Below are positions 9,042 through 16,473 of a stretch of DNA of 32,000 nt, one piece after another. The DNA is from Mycolicibacterium smegmatis (GTDB lineage Bacteria; Actinomycetota; Actinomycetes; Mycobacteriales; Mycobacteriaceae). Position 1 is the first letter of the stretch, and each line of letters opens with the position of its first letter. The translations under genes were made by a program, and so were the position numbers. Under the pieces are notes generated by a model that saw nothing but the letters and a program-made list of their open reading frames with translations, ran no database searches and was not told the DNA's origin. Where the stretch lies: assembly GCF_001457595.1 (NCBI RefSeq), contig NZ_LN831039.1, positions 2,430,001 to 2,462,000 on the forward strand. Reading direction: 5' to 3'.

Positions 9042-10103
9042 ATGCCCGGTGATGTGCAGCAGTTGCCCACGTTGAGCGAACACGACCAGCAGGCCCTGCA
9101 GGCGTGGGTCCGATCCGAGAAGATCGGATCCACTGTCAGCGATGTGGAACCCCTGACCGGCGGCACGCAGAACATCGTCGTGCGCGTCCACGTCGACGGA
9201 CGCCCGATGGTGCTGCGGCGCCCGCCGGCCCATCCCCGGCCCACGAGCGACAAGACCATGCTGCGCGAGATCGCGGTGCTGCGCACCCTGGCCGGATCCG
9301 GTGTGCCACACCCCGGGTTCATCGCGGGCTGCGCCGATCTGGACGTGCTGGGCGTGGTGTTCTACCTCATGGAGGAGGTGGACGGGTTCAACCCGGGCAA
9401 CGAGGTCGCCCCCGCCTACCAACGCGCCGACATGCGCCACGCGGTGGGCCTGTCCTACGCCGCGAGCCTGGCCGGCCTGGGCAACGCGGCGTGGGAGAAC
9501 AGCGAACTCGCCGCGCTGCGGCGTCCGGGATCCTTTCTCGCACGCCAGGTTCCGCAGTTCCTCAAACTGCTCGAGAGCTATCGCCACGACAATTACGAGC
9601 CCGAGTCGATGGCCGGGGCGCAGCCGCTGGCGCAGTGGCTCGACGAACACCGACCGCCCGACGGCGAGCCGGGGATCATGCACGGCGACGCGCACCTGAA
9701 CAACGTGCTGCTGCGCCGTGAGGTCCCCGAGCTCGCGGCGTTCATCGACTGGGAGATGTGCACGATCGGAGATCCGCTGCTGGACCTCGGCTGGATGCTG
9801 GTGTGCTGGCCCGACGACCCCAACCCGATCAACGCCGGTTCGGCGCTGGCCGCCCTGGGCGGACTGGCCGGGCGCGCCGAGCTGCTCGACGCGTACCGGT
9901 CGGCCGGCGGCAGGCAGACCGAGCAACTCGATTGGTACGTGGCCCTGGCGTGTTTCAAGCTCGGCATCGTCATCGAGGGCACATGGTCGCGCTACCTCGC
10001 CGGGCAGGCCAACCGCGAGGCCGGCGAACAACTCCACGCCTCGGCCGAGAATCTCATGACCCTCGGCCTGCAGGTGACCAAGGGCGACAGCCCGTTCCGC
10101 TGA
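9042..10103 (+). CDS. Phosphotransferase-family protein (APH/choline-kinase-like fold)
   Basis: Catalytic loop IMHGDAHLNNVLL (HGDxxxxN) and FIDWEMCTIGDPLLDLG (DWE...GDP). This type is often annotated near acyl-CoA dehydrogenases in mycobacteria. Confidence 0.8.
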   Translation: MPGDVQQLPTLSEHDQQALQAWVRSEKIGSTVSDVEPLTGGTQNIVVRVHVDGRPMVLRRPPAHPRPTSDKTMLREIAVLRTLAGSGVPHPGFIAGCADLDVLGVVFYLMEEVDGFNPGNEVAPAYQRADMRHAVGLSYAASLAGLGNAAWENSELAALRRPGSFLARQVPQFLKLLESYRHDNYEPESMAGAQPLAQWLDEHRPPDGEPGIMHGDAHLNNVLLRREVPELAAFIDWEMCTIGDPLLDLGWMLVCWPDDPNPINAGSALAALGGLAGRAELLDAYRSAGGRQTEQLDWYVALACFKLGIVIEGTWSRYLAGQANREAGEQLHASAENLMTLGLQVTKGDSPFR

Positions 10104-10131
10104 GTTCCTTGCCGAGCAGACGCAAAAGATC

Positions 10132-10893
10132 TCAGTACGTGTCGAGCGCGAGCTTGATCGCCAGCGCGATACCGGCCACACCGATGAGCCACCGCAGCGG
10201 TGTCGACGGGGCGTGGCGGACGATGATCGGCCCGAGACGGCTGCCGATGAGGCAGCCGATGCCCAGCGGCACGACCGCGGGCCAGTAGACCGGGGCGAAC
10301 ACCACGAAGATCGCGGACGCCACGAGGTTGGCGACACCGAGGATGACGTTCTTGCCCGCGTTGGCGTGCGGGAGCGTCGCGCCGCCGGCCCGCAACATCA
10401 GCGCCAGCAGCAGCACACCGGCCGCGGCCCCGAAATAGCCGCCGTAGATGGTGATCAGGAAGATCGCGGCGGCCTCGACGCCGGTGCGGATGAGATGGTC
10501 GCGATGGTTGGCCACACGTGCCGAGCGATGTTCCCTGCGGGGCAGCAGGATCGCCACCGAGGCGAATCCGAGCAGGAACGGCACGATCTTCTCGAAGCCC
10601 TCCGCGGGCGTCGACAGCAGCAGGGCCGCGCCCGCGACGCCGCCGAGCGCCGCGACCGGGATGATCCGTTTGAGCCACGCGCCCTGCCCCGCCAGCTCGG
10701 GCCGTGAGCCCGCGATCGACCCGACGCCGTTGAACACGACCGCGACGGTGTTCGTGACATTGGCCGCCACGGGCGGCAGGCCGACGACCAGCAGTGCGGG
10801 ATAGGTCGCGACGGACGCGAGGCCTGCGATGCTTCCGGTCAGCCCGCCGGCGATACCGGCGAACACGAGCAGCACGACGTCCCAAACGGTCAT
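10132..10893 (-). CDS. TauE/SafE-family sulfite/anion exporter (membrane protein)
   Basis: About 8 hydrophobic segments. Shows the family's internal duplication signature (GGLTGSIAGLAS... and GGYFGAAAGVLLL...). Confidence 0.85.
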   Translation of the reverse strand: MTVWDVVLLVFAGIAGGLTGSIAGLASVATYPALLVVGLPPVAANVTNTVAVVFNGVGSIAGSRPELAGQGAWLKRIIPVAALGGVAGAALLLSTPAEGFEKIVPFLLGFASVAILLPRREHRSARVANHRDHLIRTGVEAAAIFLITIYGGYFGAAAGVLLLALMLRAGGATLPHANAGKNVILGVANLVASAIFVVFAPVYWPAVVPLGIGCLIGSRLGPIIVRHAPSTPLRWLIGVAGIALAIKLALDTY

Positions 10894-10931
10894 GCGGCTC
10901 TCACGCCGATGACGTTACTGATTCAAATTGT

Positions 10932-10961
10932 TTGCACCCGCGCCGGGGCGAGGACTACCAT
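10932..10961 (+). promoter_or_regulatory. Predicted sigma-A-type promoter: TTGCAC, 18 nt, TACCAT
   Basis: -35-like TTGCAC (10932-10937) and a TANNNT -10 TACCAT (10956-10961). The -10 ends 7 nt before GTG 10969, which is the geometry of mycobacterial leaderless transcripts. Confidence 0.35.
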
Positions 10962-10968
10962 CGCTGAC

Positions 10969-11010
10969 GTGCTGAGGCGACTCGTAGTAGCAACCCGCAG
11001 CGGGGTCTGA
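10969..11010 (+). CDS. Candidate leaderless leader peptide MLRRLVVATRSGV (13 codons)
   Basis: GTG CTG AGG CGA CTC GTA GTA GCA ACC CGC AGC GGG GTC TGA. Rich in Leu/Val and in codons that look rare here (GTA GTA, AGG, CGA). The 3' codons form the 5' arm of a hairpin (10998-11030). Too short for the ORF track. Confidence 0.3.
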   Translation: MLRRLVVATRSGV

Positions 11011-11084
11011 TTCGGACCGACCCCTCGCTGTGGGTCGTTGCTCTTCGTCGGTCACTCCCTTCAATCAGAGAAGACCGGCACAAA

Positions 11085-11576
11085 ATGTTCACCGCACCAG
11101 CAATTCGCACTTCTTCCGCTTCGTCCTCGTCCTCGTTCGCGTCGTGCTTCGCCGCTCCACTGCCGCGCGGCCTGCGCGCCGTCGCCCAGGAGCAAACCTG
11201 GGACGCATTCCTGGCCCGGTTCGCCGCCATCGCGGGACCGGTCACGCTGCGCCAATGGTCGTGCGTCGACAGCCGTCCCACAGGCCAGATCGGCCCGCGC
11301 GAGTACCAGGCGACGCTGTCGATCGGCGACACCGTCGCCACGTCGAGCGTCACGGCCTACGGGCCCGTCGCCGCGCTGACCGAGATCCTGCACGCGCACG
11401 GCATCACCGTGGAGACCACGTCGTTCCACCAGTTGCCGACGCGGGGTCAGACCGCCACCTTCATCGAAGGCAGCAACGGCGTGCACCGTGAGTGGGCGAT
11501 GGGGCTGGACACCGACCCGGTGCAGTCGGCGCTGCGCGCGGTCATCGCGTGCGCGAATCGCCTCACCGCGCACTAG
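11085..11576 (+). CDS. Stand-alone LeuA allosteric/dimerisation (leucine-binding regulatory) domain protein
   Basis: ...YGPVAALTEILHAHGITVETTSFHQL...TATFIEGS...REWAMGLDTDPVQSALRAVIACANRL parallels the C-terminal regulatory domain of M. tuberculosis LeuA as I recall it (GNGPLAAFVHAL..GFDV.VLDY.EHA...AAAYVE...VWGVGI.PSITTASLRAVVSAVNRA). No catalytic TIM-barrel part is present. The N-terminal 45 aa are low complexity (SSASSSSS), so the start is uncertain. Confidence 0.7.
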   Translation: MFTAPAIRTSSASSSSSFASCFAAPLPRGLRAVAQEQTWDAFLARFAAIAGPVTLRQWSCVDSRPTGQIGPREYQATLSIGDTVATSSVTAYGPVAALTEILHAHGITVETTSFHQLPTRGQTATFIEGSNGVHREWAMGLDTDPVQSALRAVIACANRLTAH

Positions 11577-11611
11577 TTTCCGGCCCGACAGCGAACAAGC
11601 CGTAACGGCGA

Positions 11612-11653
11612 GAGGCCGGCCGGGCGGACCCGAGAATCCGGCCGGCCGGCCTC
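11612..11653. terminator. GC-rich hairpin between convergent genes (12-bp stem GAGGCCGGCCGG/CCGGCCGGCCTC)
   Basis: Perfect 12-bp stem (11612-11623 with 11642-11653) between the stop of the LeuA-domain gene and the P450 stop. No clear U-tract. Confidence 0.45.
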
Positions 11654-11671
11654 GTCGACCGTCGGCGAACG

Positions 11672-13156
11672 TCAGCGCAGCGGACGCAGCACGATCGGCA
11701 TCCCGTCGATCGGCACCGGCATGCCGCCGTAGTCGTAGCGCGGCGTGTAACCCGGACGCGGCAGCTCCAGGCGGTACTGGCGCAGCAGGCGGTGCATGAC
11801 GGTCTTGATCTCCAGCTGGCCGAACACCATGCCGATGCACTTGTGGGCGCCGCCACCGAACGGTGCGAACGCGTAGCGGTGCTTCTTGTGCTCGCTGCGC
11901 GGCTCGGCGAAGCGCTCCGGGTCGAACTTCTCCGGATCGGTCCACAGTTCGGGCAGCCGGTGGTTGATCGACGGCCAGGTGACCACGTTGGTGCCGGCCG
12001 GGATGAAGTAACCCAGCAGTTCGGTGTCGCGCACGGCCTGGCGGAAGTTGAAGGGCAGCGGCGTCATCATCCGCAGCGCCTCGTTGATCACCAGGTCGTA
12101 GGTCTCCAGCTTCTCCAGCGCCTCGATGTCGAGCGGGCCGTCGCCGATGCGCTCGGACTCGTCACGCAGCCGGTCCTGCCACTCGGGATTGGCCGCCAGG
12201 TGGTAGGCCATGGTGGTCATGGTCGACGTCGACGTGTCGTGTGCGGCCATCATGAGGAAGATCATGTGGCTGACGATCTGGTCGTCGGTGAAGGTCTGGC
12301 CGTCCTCGTCGGCCGAGTGGCACAGCACGCTGAACATGTCGGTGCTCTCGGCGCGGCGCTTCTCGTCGATGCGGCTGAGGAAGTAGTCCTCGAGTGTCTT
12401 GCGCGCCTGGATGCCGCGCCACCACTTCAACGGCGGAACCGGCGTGCGCACGATCGCGTTGCCCGCGCGCGTGGTGGTGGTGAACGCGTGGTTCACGGTC
12501 GTGACGAGCTTCTTGTCGGTGCCGGCCGGGACGCCCATGAACACCTCGGAGGCGATGTCGAGCGTCAGTTCCTTGATGGCCGGATAGAACAGGAACCGCG
12601 GATCGTCGGACACCCAGTCGTTGGCCAGGACCTGCGACGCGACCGAGTCGATGTGCGGGATGTACCCGGTGAGCCGCGAGCGGGTGAACGCGTCCTGCAT
12701 GATCCGGCGGTGGTACATGTGCTCGTCGAAGTCGAGCAGCATCAGGCCACCTTCGAAGAACGGCCCGATCACCGGATCCCACGCACGCTGCGAGTAGTCC
12801 TTGTTGCGGTTCGAGAAGACCGTCTGGGTGGCGTCCGGGCCCAGCGCCATCACCGACGACAACGCAGGTGAGTAGGCGTAGTGGATCGGGCCGTTGCGGC
12901 GGTATTGCTCCAGGATGAAGTCGGGGCCGCCGCGGAAGATCTCGATCATGTGCCCGAGGACCGGCAGGCCGGAGTCGCCCATGATCGGCTTGAGACCGCT
13001 GCCTGCGGGCGGGGTGGAGAACACGAACTGGTCCCACTGCTTGCGCTTCAGCCGCTTCTCGATGGCTCCCATGCCGGGGATGGTGTTGGGCGTGGGCGTG
13101 AATCGGCGCCGTGCCTGATCCAACAGATAGCGGGGAGTACTGATGGTGGTGGGCAT
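11672..13156 (-). CDS. Cytochrome P450 (Cyp136-like by synteny)
   Basis: Heme-binding loop FAPFGGGAHKCIGMVFG, I-helix MMAAHDTST and an ExxR motif (EALR). AGGAG SD lies 8 nt upstream of the ATG at 13156 (MPTTISTPRYLLDQARRRF). The adjacent TetR and SDR match the Rv3057c-Rv3059 arrangement from memory. Confidence 0.9.
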   Translation of the reverse strand: MPTTISTPRYLLDQARRRFTPTPNTIPGMGAIEKRLKRKQWDQFVFSTPPAGSGLKPIMGDSGLPVLGHMIEIFRGGPDFILEQYRRNGPIHYAYSPALSSVMALGPDATQTVFSNRNKDYSQRAWDPVIGPFFEGGLMLLDFDEHMYHRRIMQDAFTRSRLTGYIPHIDSVASQVLANDWVSDDPRFLFYPAIKELTLDIASEVFMGVPAGTDKKLVTTVNHAFTTTTRAGNAIVRTPVPPLKWWRGIQARKTLEDYFLSRIDEKRRAESTDMFSVLCHSADEDGQTFTDDQIVSHMIFLMMAAHDTSTSTMTTMAYHLAANPEWQDRLRDESERIGDGPLDIEALEKLETYDLVINEALRMMTPLPFNFRQAVRDTELLGYFIPAGTNVVTWPSINHRLPELWTDPEKFDPERFAEPRSEHKKHRYAFAPFGGGAHKCIGMVFGQLEIKTVMHRLLRQYRLELPRPGYTPRYDYGGMPVPIDGMPIVLRPLR

Positions 13157-13168
13157 GTATCGCGCTCC

Positions 13169-13249
13169 TGACGTTGCTGACGTTGCAAGTCTGTGGTGGA
13201 CGTCACTTGTGACACTCATCTTGGATGTCATACTTGACGCATGTCAAGT
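13169..13249. promoter_or_regulatory. Repeat-rich P450/TetR divergent control region (candidate TetR operators)
   Basis: Perfect tandem TGACGTTGC x2 (13169-13186). Palindrome GTCAC-TT-GTGAC (13202-13213). Inverted repeat ACTTGAC-GCAT-GTCAAGT (13232-13249). Confidence 0.4.
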
Positions 13250-13287
13250 TTTGATTTGGCGCGTCGCGGGTGCCAAGGTTTAAACCC

Positions 13288-13947
13288 ATGACCGCCGAAT
13301 CCGTACCGCAGGGCAGCAACGGTTCTGCCGGCGCCACCGCCGCGCAGGCCCGTCGCTCCAGGGGCGACCGGCAACGGGAGGCCATCGTCGCCGCCGTGCG
13401 CGAACTCCTCGAGGAACAGCCGTTCGCGGACATCTCGGTGAGCACGATCAGTGAGCGCGCCGGTGTCGCCCGGTCGGGCTTCTACTTCTACTTCGATTCC
13501 AAGTACGCGGTGCTGGCCGTGATCCTGGCCGAGGCGATGGAAGAACTCGACGCGCTCACGCACAACTTCGCGCCGCGCGGTGAGAACGAGTCGCCTGCCG
13601 CATTCGCCAAGCGCATGGTGGGCAGCGCCGCGGCGGTGTACGCCACCAACGACCCGGTCATGTCGGCCTGCACCGTCGCGCAGAACACCGACGCGCAGAT
13701 CCGCGACATCATGAACGACTTCGAGGACGCCACGATCGCCAAGATCGTCGGCGTCATCGAACAGGACACCGGAGCCCGGCCGATCTCCGACGATCTGCCC
13801 GCACTGGTGCGCACCCTGACCGCGACCACGGCGATGACACTGTCGCGTGACGCCGGGTTCGTGGGCCGTGACGCCGATCCCGCGCGTGCCGTCGAGATCG
13901 TCGAACGCCTGTGGCTCAGCGCGCTGTGGGGTGGCCTGCCGGAGTAG
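13288..13947 (+). CDS. TetR-family transcriptional regulator
   Basis: HTH FADISVSTISERAGVARSGFYFYFDSKYAVL. The ATG at 13288 follows AAGG. GTG at 13270 is an alternative start. Confidence 0.85.
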   Translation: MTAESVPQGSNGSAGATAAQARRSRGDRQREAIVAAVRELLEEQPFADISVSTISERAGVARSGFYFYFDSKYAVLAVILAEAMEELDALTHNFAPRGENESPAAFAKRMVGSAAAVYATNDPVMSACTVAQNTDAQIRDIMNDFEDATIAKIVGVIEQDTGARPISDDLPALVRTLTATTAMTLSRDAGFVGRDADPARAVEIVERLWLSALWGGLPE

Positions 13948-13970
13948 AACTCCCCGGTAAGGTCACCGCT

Positions 13971-14834
13971 ATGGCGCAGGGGAGCGACTTCGCGGGCAAG
14001 AGATGTTTCGTGACCGGGGCGGCCAGCGGCATCGGCCGCGCCACGGCGCTCGCGCTGGCCGCGGCGGGCGCGGAGCTCTACCTGACCGACCGCGACGCCG
14101 ACGGATTGGCGCTCACCGTCGCCGATGCGCGCGCGCTCGGCGCCGAGGTGCCCGCGCACCGCGCGCTCGACATCTCCGACTACGACCAGGTCCGCGAGTT
14201 CGCCAAGGACATCCACGCCGTGCACGGGTCGATGGACGTGGTGATGAACATCGCGGGGGTGTCCGCGTGGGGCACCGTCGACCGGCTCAGTCACCAGCAG
14301 TGGCGGTCGATGGTCGACATCAACCTCATGGGGCCCATCCATGTCATCGAGGAGTTCATCCCGCCGATGATCGAGGCGCGTCGCGGTGGCCACCTGGTCA
14401 ACGTGTCCTCTGCGGCCGGCCTGGTCGCCCTGCCGTGGCACGGTGCCTACAGCGCAAGCAAATTCGGCCTGCGCGGGGTGAGTGAGGTGCTGCGCTTCGA
14501 CCTGGCGCGCCACCGCATCGGGGTGTCGGTGGTGGTGCCCGGCGCGGTGAAGACCGGCCTGGTGCAGACCGTCGAGATCGCCGGCGTCGACCGCGAGGAT
14601 CCCAACGTCAAGAAGTGGGTGGATCGCTTTGCCGGACACGCGATCTCACCCGAGAAGGCCGCCACGAAGATCCTCGCCGGGGTACAACGCAACCGGTTTT
14701 TGATCTACACCTCGGCCGACATCCGCGCGCTGTACACGTTCAAGCGCGTGGCCTGGTGGCCCTACAGCGTGGCGATGCGCCAGGTGAATATGCTGTTCAC
14801 CCGCGCTCTGCGCTCCGGCACATCGCCACGCTGA
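13971..14834 (+). CDS. SDR-family oxidoreductase
   Basis: TGAASGIGRA Rossmann motif, NIAG, and catalytic YSASKFGLRG (YxxxK). The ATG at 13971 is preceded by GGTAAGG. The ORF-track start at 13911 overlaps the TetR gene. Confidence 0.85.
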   Translation: MAQGSDFAGKRCFVTGAASGIGRATALALAAAGAELYLTDRDADGLALTVADARALGAEVPAHRALDISDYDQVREFAKDIHAVHGSMDVVMNIAGVSAWGTVDRLSHQQWRSMVDINLMGPIHVIEEFIPPMIEARRGGHLVNVSSAAGLVALPWHGAYSASKFGLRGVSEVLRFDLARHRIGVSVVVPGAVKTGLVQTVEIAGVDREDPNVKKWVDRFAGHAISPEKAATKILAGVQRNRFLIYTSADIRALYTFKRVAWWPYSVAMRQVNMLFTRALRSGTSPR

Positions 14835-14836
14835 TC

Positions 14837-16372
14837 TCAGTGCGCGGGTTCCTCCCCGCGGTCGAGGCCGAGCGCATCGGTCATGGTGAAGAACAGATCG
14901 GTCTGATCGGTCAGCCCGACGACGTTCGCGGCCCTCGGACCGAAGGCCGCGACACGCACCTGGGTTCCGGTGTGGGTCTCGCTCTCGACGTCGACATCGG
15001 CGGAAGTGCCGTAGCTGACCGTCATCTCGGCGTCATCGGCCGTGACGAGCTTGCGGGTCAGGCCCGGGTACATGGTGTCGCGGACCCGCTCGACGGGCTG
15101 CTTGGTGTCCTCGGCGATGTCGCGCAGGTCGTCCTCGCTGAGGGCCTCCACGATCTGGCTGCTGTGACCGTGGTCGGCGGTCACGACGACCAGCGTGTTG
15201 CCGTCCTCGCGGGCGAACTTGAGCGCGGTCTGCACGGCCTCGTCGAAGTCCACCGTCTCGCCGATCTGGCCGCACGGGTCGGCGTCGTGGTCCTTCTTGT
15301 CGATCGACGCGCCTTCCACCTGCAGGTAGAAGCCCTTGTCCTGACCGGCTTTTCCGTTCTTCAACAGATCGATGGCCTTCTGCGTCATCGCGGCCAGCCT
15401 GGGGACCTCGGACCCGCGCTCGGGATTGTCGGTGCACTTGGCCGCGGGCTGCAGGTAGCCGTGGCGCACGGCGGGCGGGCCTGACCAGCGCACCGGCATG
15501 TTGCCGTCGGCGAACAGCCCGATCACCGGATTGTCCTGATCGGCCGCGGTGACGGCGTCGAGTTCGCTTGCGGTGCGCACGATCTGGAACCCACGCTCCT
15601 TGGCCTGGGCTTCGAGCGTCTTGCCCTTGTACTCGCCGCCGTTCGCGGTCTGGGAGAACGTCTCGGCGCCGCCGCCCAATGTCAGGTCCGGGCGGGTGGT
15701 CAGCAACTGCTCGGTCACCGAACCCGGCCCGCCGTTCTCCAGGGCGTCGGCCGCGCAATCGGCTGCGGTCTGGACCGGGCCGTAGCAGTCACGCTCGCTG
15801 ATGTGGGAGAACAGCGACGCCGGGGTGGCGTCCTGGATCTCCGACGTGGTGACGTCACCGGTCGCGAAACCCTGTGCCTTGGCGAGTTCGAGGATCGTCT
15901 TCTGCGGGTTGCCCTTGATGTCGATGCCCAGCGCGCCGTTGTAGGTCTTGGTGCCGGTGGTCCATCCCGTGGCGCTCGCGGCCGAATCGGTGACGTAGTT
16001 GGGCTTACCGTCCTTGTTGAGCGCGTAGGTGGTGTACTGCCCGCTCAGCGGCAGCGCGTCGAGGCCGTCGAAGCTTCCGCCTGCGCCCTTTTCGTAGTTG
16101 CGGGCCATGGTGATCTCCGAGTCGCCCATGCCGTCGCCGACCAGCAGGATGACATTGCGGGCCTTGCCGCCGTTGATCGCGCTGCGCTCGGTGTCGGTCT
16201 GGTCGCCGTCGATACGGCGCGCGCCACCGTTGGTCACGATGTCGCCGTCGGCCGAGCGGTGCACCGTGTCACCGCTGGACTCCGTGGTGGTGTCGCTGCT
16301 GCAGGCCGTGAGCGGCAGCAGCGCGGCGGCCCCGATCACCACCGTCGCTCTGAGATAGGTACTGACAAGCAC
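14837..16372 (-). CDS. phoA: Alkaline phosphatase, lipoprotein
   Basis: Signal peptide with lipobox LLPLTAC. Alkaline phosphatase motifs [25 protein letters not shown] (active-site Ser) and [11 protein letters not shown] start with AGGAG 5 nt upstream. Confidence 0.9.
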   Translation of the reverse strand: MLVSTYLRATVVIGAAALLPLTACSSDTTTESSGDTVHRSADGDIVTNGGARRIDGDQTDTERSAINGGKARNVILLVGDGMGDSEITMARNYEKGAGGSFDGLDALPLSGQYTTYALNKDGKPNYVTDSAASATGWTTGTKTYNGALGIDIKGNPQKTILELAKAQGFATGDVTTSEIQDATPASLFSHISERDCYGPVQTAADCAADALENGGPGSVTEQLLTTRPDLTLGGGAETFSQTANGGEYKGKTLEAQAKERGFQIVRTASELDAVTAADQDNPVIGLFADGNMPVRWSGPPAVRHGYLQPAAKCTDNPERGSEVPRLAAMTQKAIDLLKNGKAGQDKGFYLQVEGASIDKKDHDADPCGQIGETVDFDEAVQTALKFAREDGNTLVVVTADHGHSSQIVEALSEDDLRDIAEDTKQPVERVRDTMYPGLTRKLVTADDAEMTVSYGTSADVDVESETHTGTQVRVAAFGPRAANVVGLTDQTDLFFTMTDALGLDRGEEPAH

Positions 16373-16386
16373 GGCTTCTCCTAGAC

Positions 16387-16408
16387 TCGTGTGAGATTCG
16401 TGTGAACT
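16387..16408. promoter_or_regulatory. Tandem 11-nt direct repeat just upstream of the phoA SD
   Basis: tcgtgtgagat / tcgtgtgaact (9 of 11 identical, 11-bp period). In the phoA sense this reads TCACACGAaTC TCACACGAgTC followed by tAGGAG. Confidence 0.35.
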
Positions 16409-16450
16409 GATCGCGAGTCACATAAGCCGACGCAGATGAACGGACACTGA

Positions 16451-16471
16451 CCTGAACACGAACTGTTCAGG
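16451..16471 (-). terminator. Hairpin directly after the ATPase stop (8-bp stem CCTGAACA/TGTTCAGG)
   Basis: Stem at 16451-16458 pairs with 16464-16471, with a 5-nt loop. It begins 2 nt past the TAG (16474-16476) on the minus strand. The downstream T content is weak. Confidence 0.35.
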
Positions 16472-16473
16472 AC

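Noticed and set aside
7355-9322. 655-aa minus-strand ORF that appears to make the HxlR gene very large.
   Set aside because: Only the last 224 codons (from the ATG at 8029, with an SD) look like a protein (HxlR). The upstream part runs antisense through the well-supported methyltransferase and kinase genes.
11109-11150. Ser-rich low-complexity run (SSASSSSSFAS) at the start of the LeuA-domain ORF, considered as a possible separate signal or repeat feature.
   Set aside because: It is too short and irregular to call. It mainly raises doubt about the true start codon, which is already noted for that feature.
11590-11660. Runs of CCGGCCGG-type GC repeats (also at 20343-20371 and 5556-5578) considered as possible CRISPR-like or satellite repeats.
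   Set aside because: They are isolated self-complementary GC hairpins at gene ends or in leaders. There is no regular repeat-spacer periodicity and there are no cas genes.
16454-16468. LexA SOS-box-like GAACACGAACTGTTC near the dinB2 operon, plus other TCGAAC half-sites (e.g. 26773, 21116, 17757).
   Set aside because: None fits the mycobacterial SOS box TCGAAC-N4-GTTCGA (GAAC-N4-GTTC core). This one is the stem of the post-ATPase hairpin and lies downstream of the operon, not upstream.
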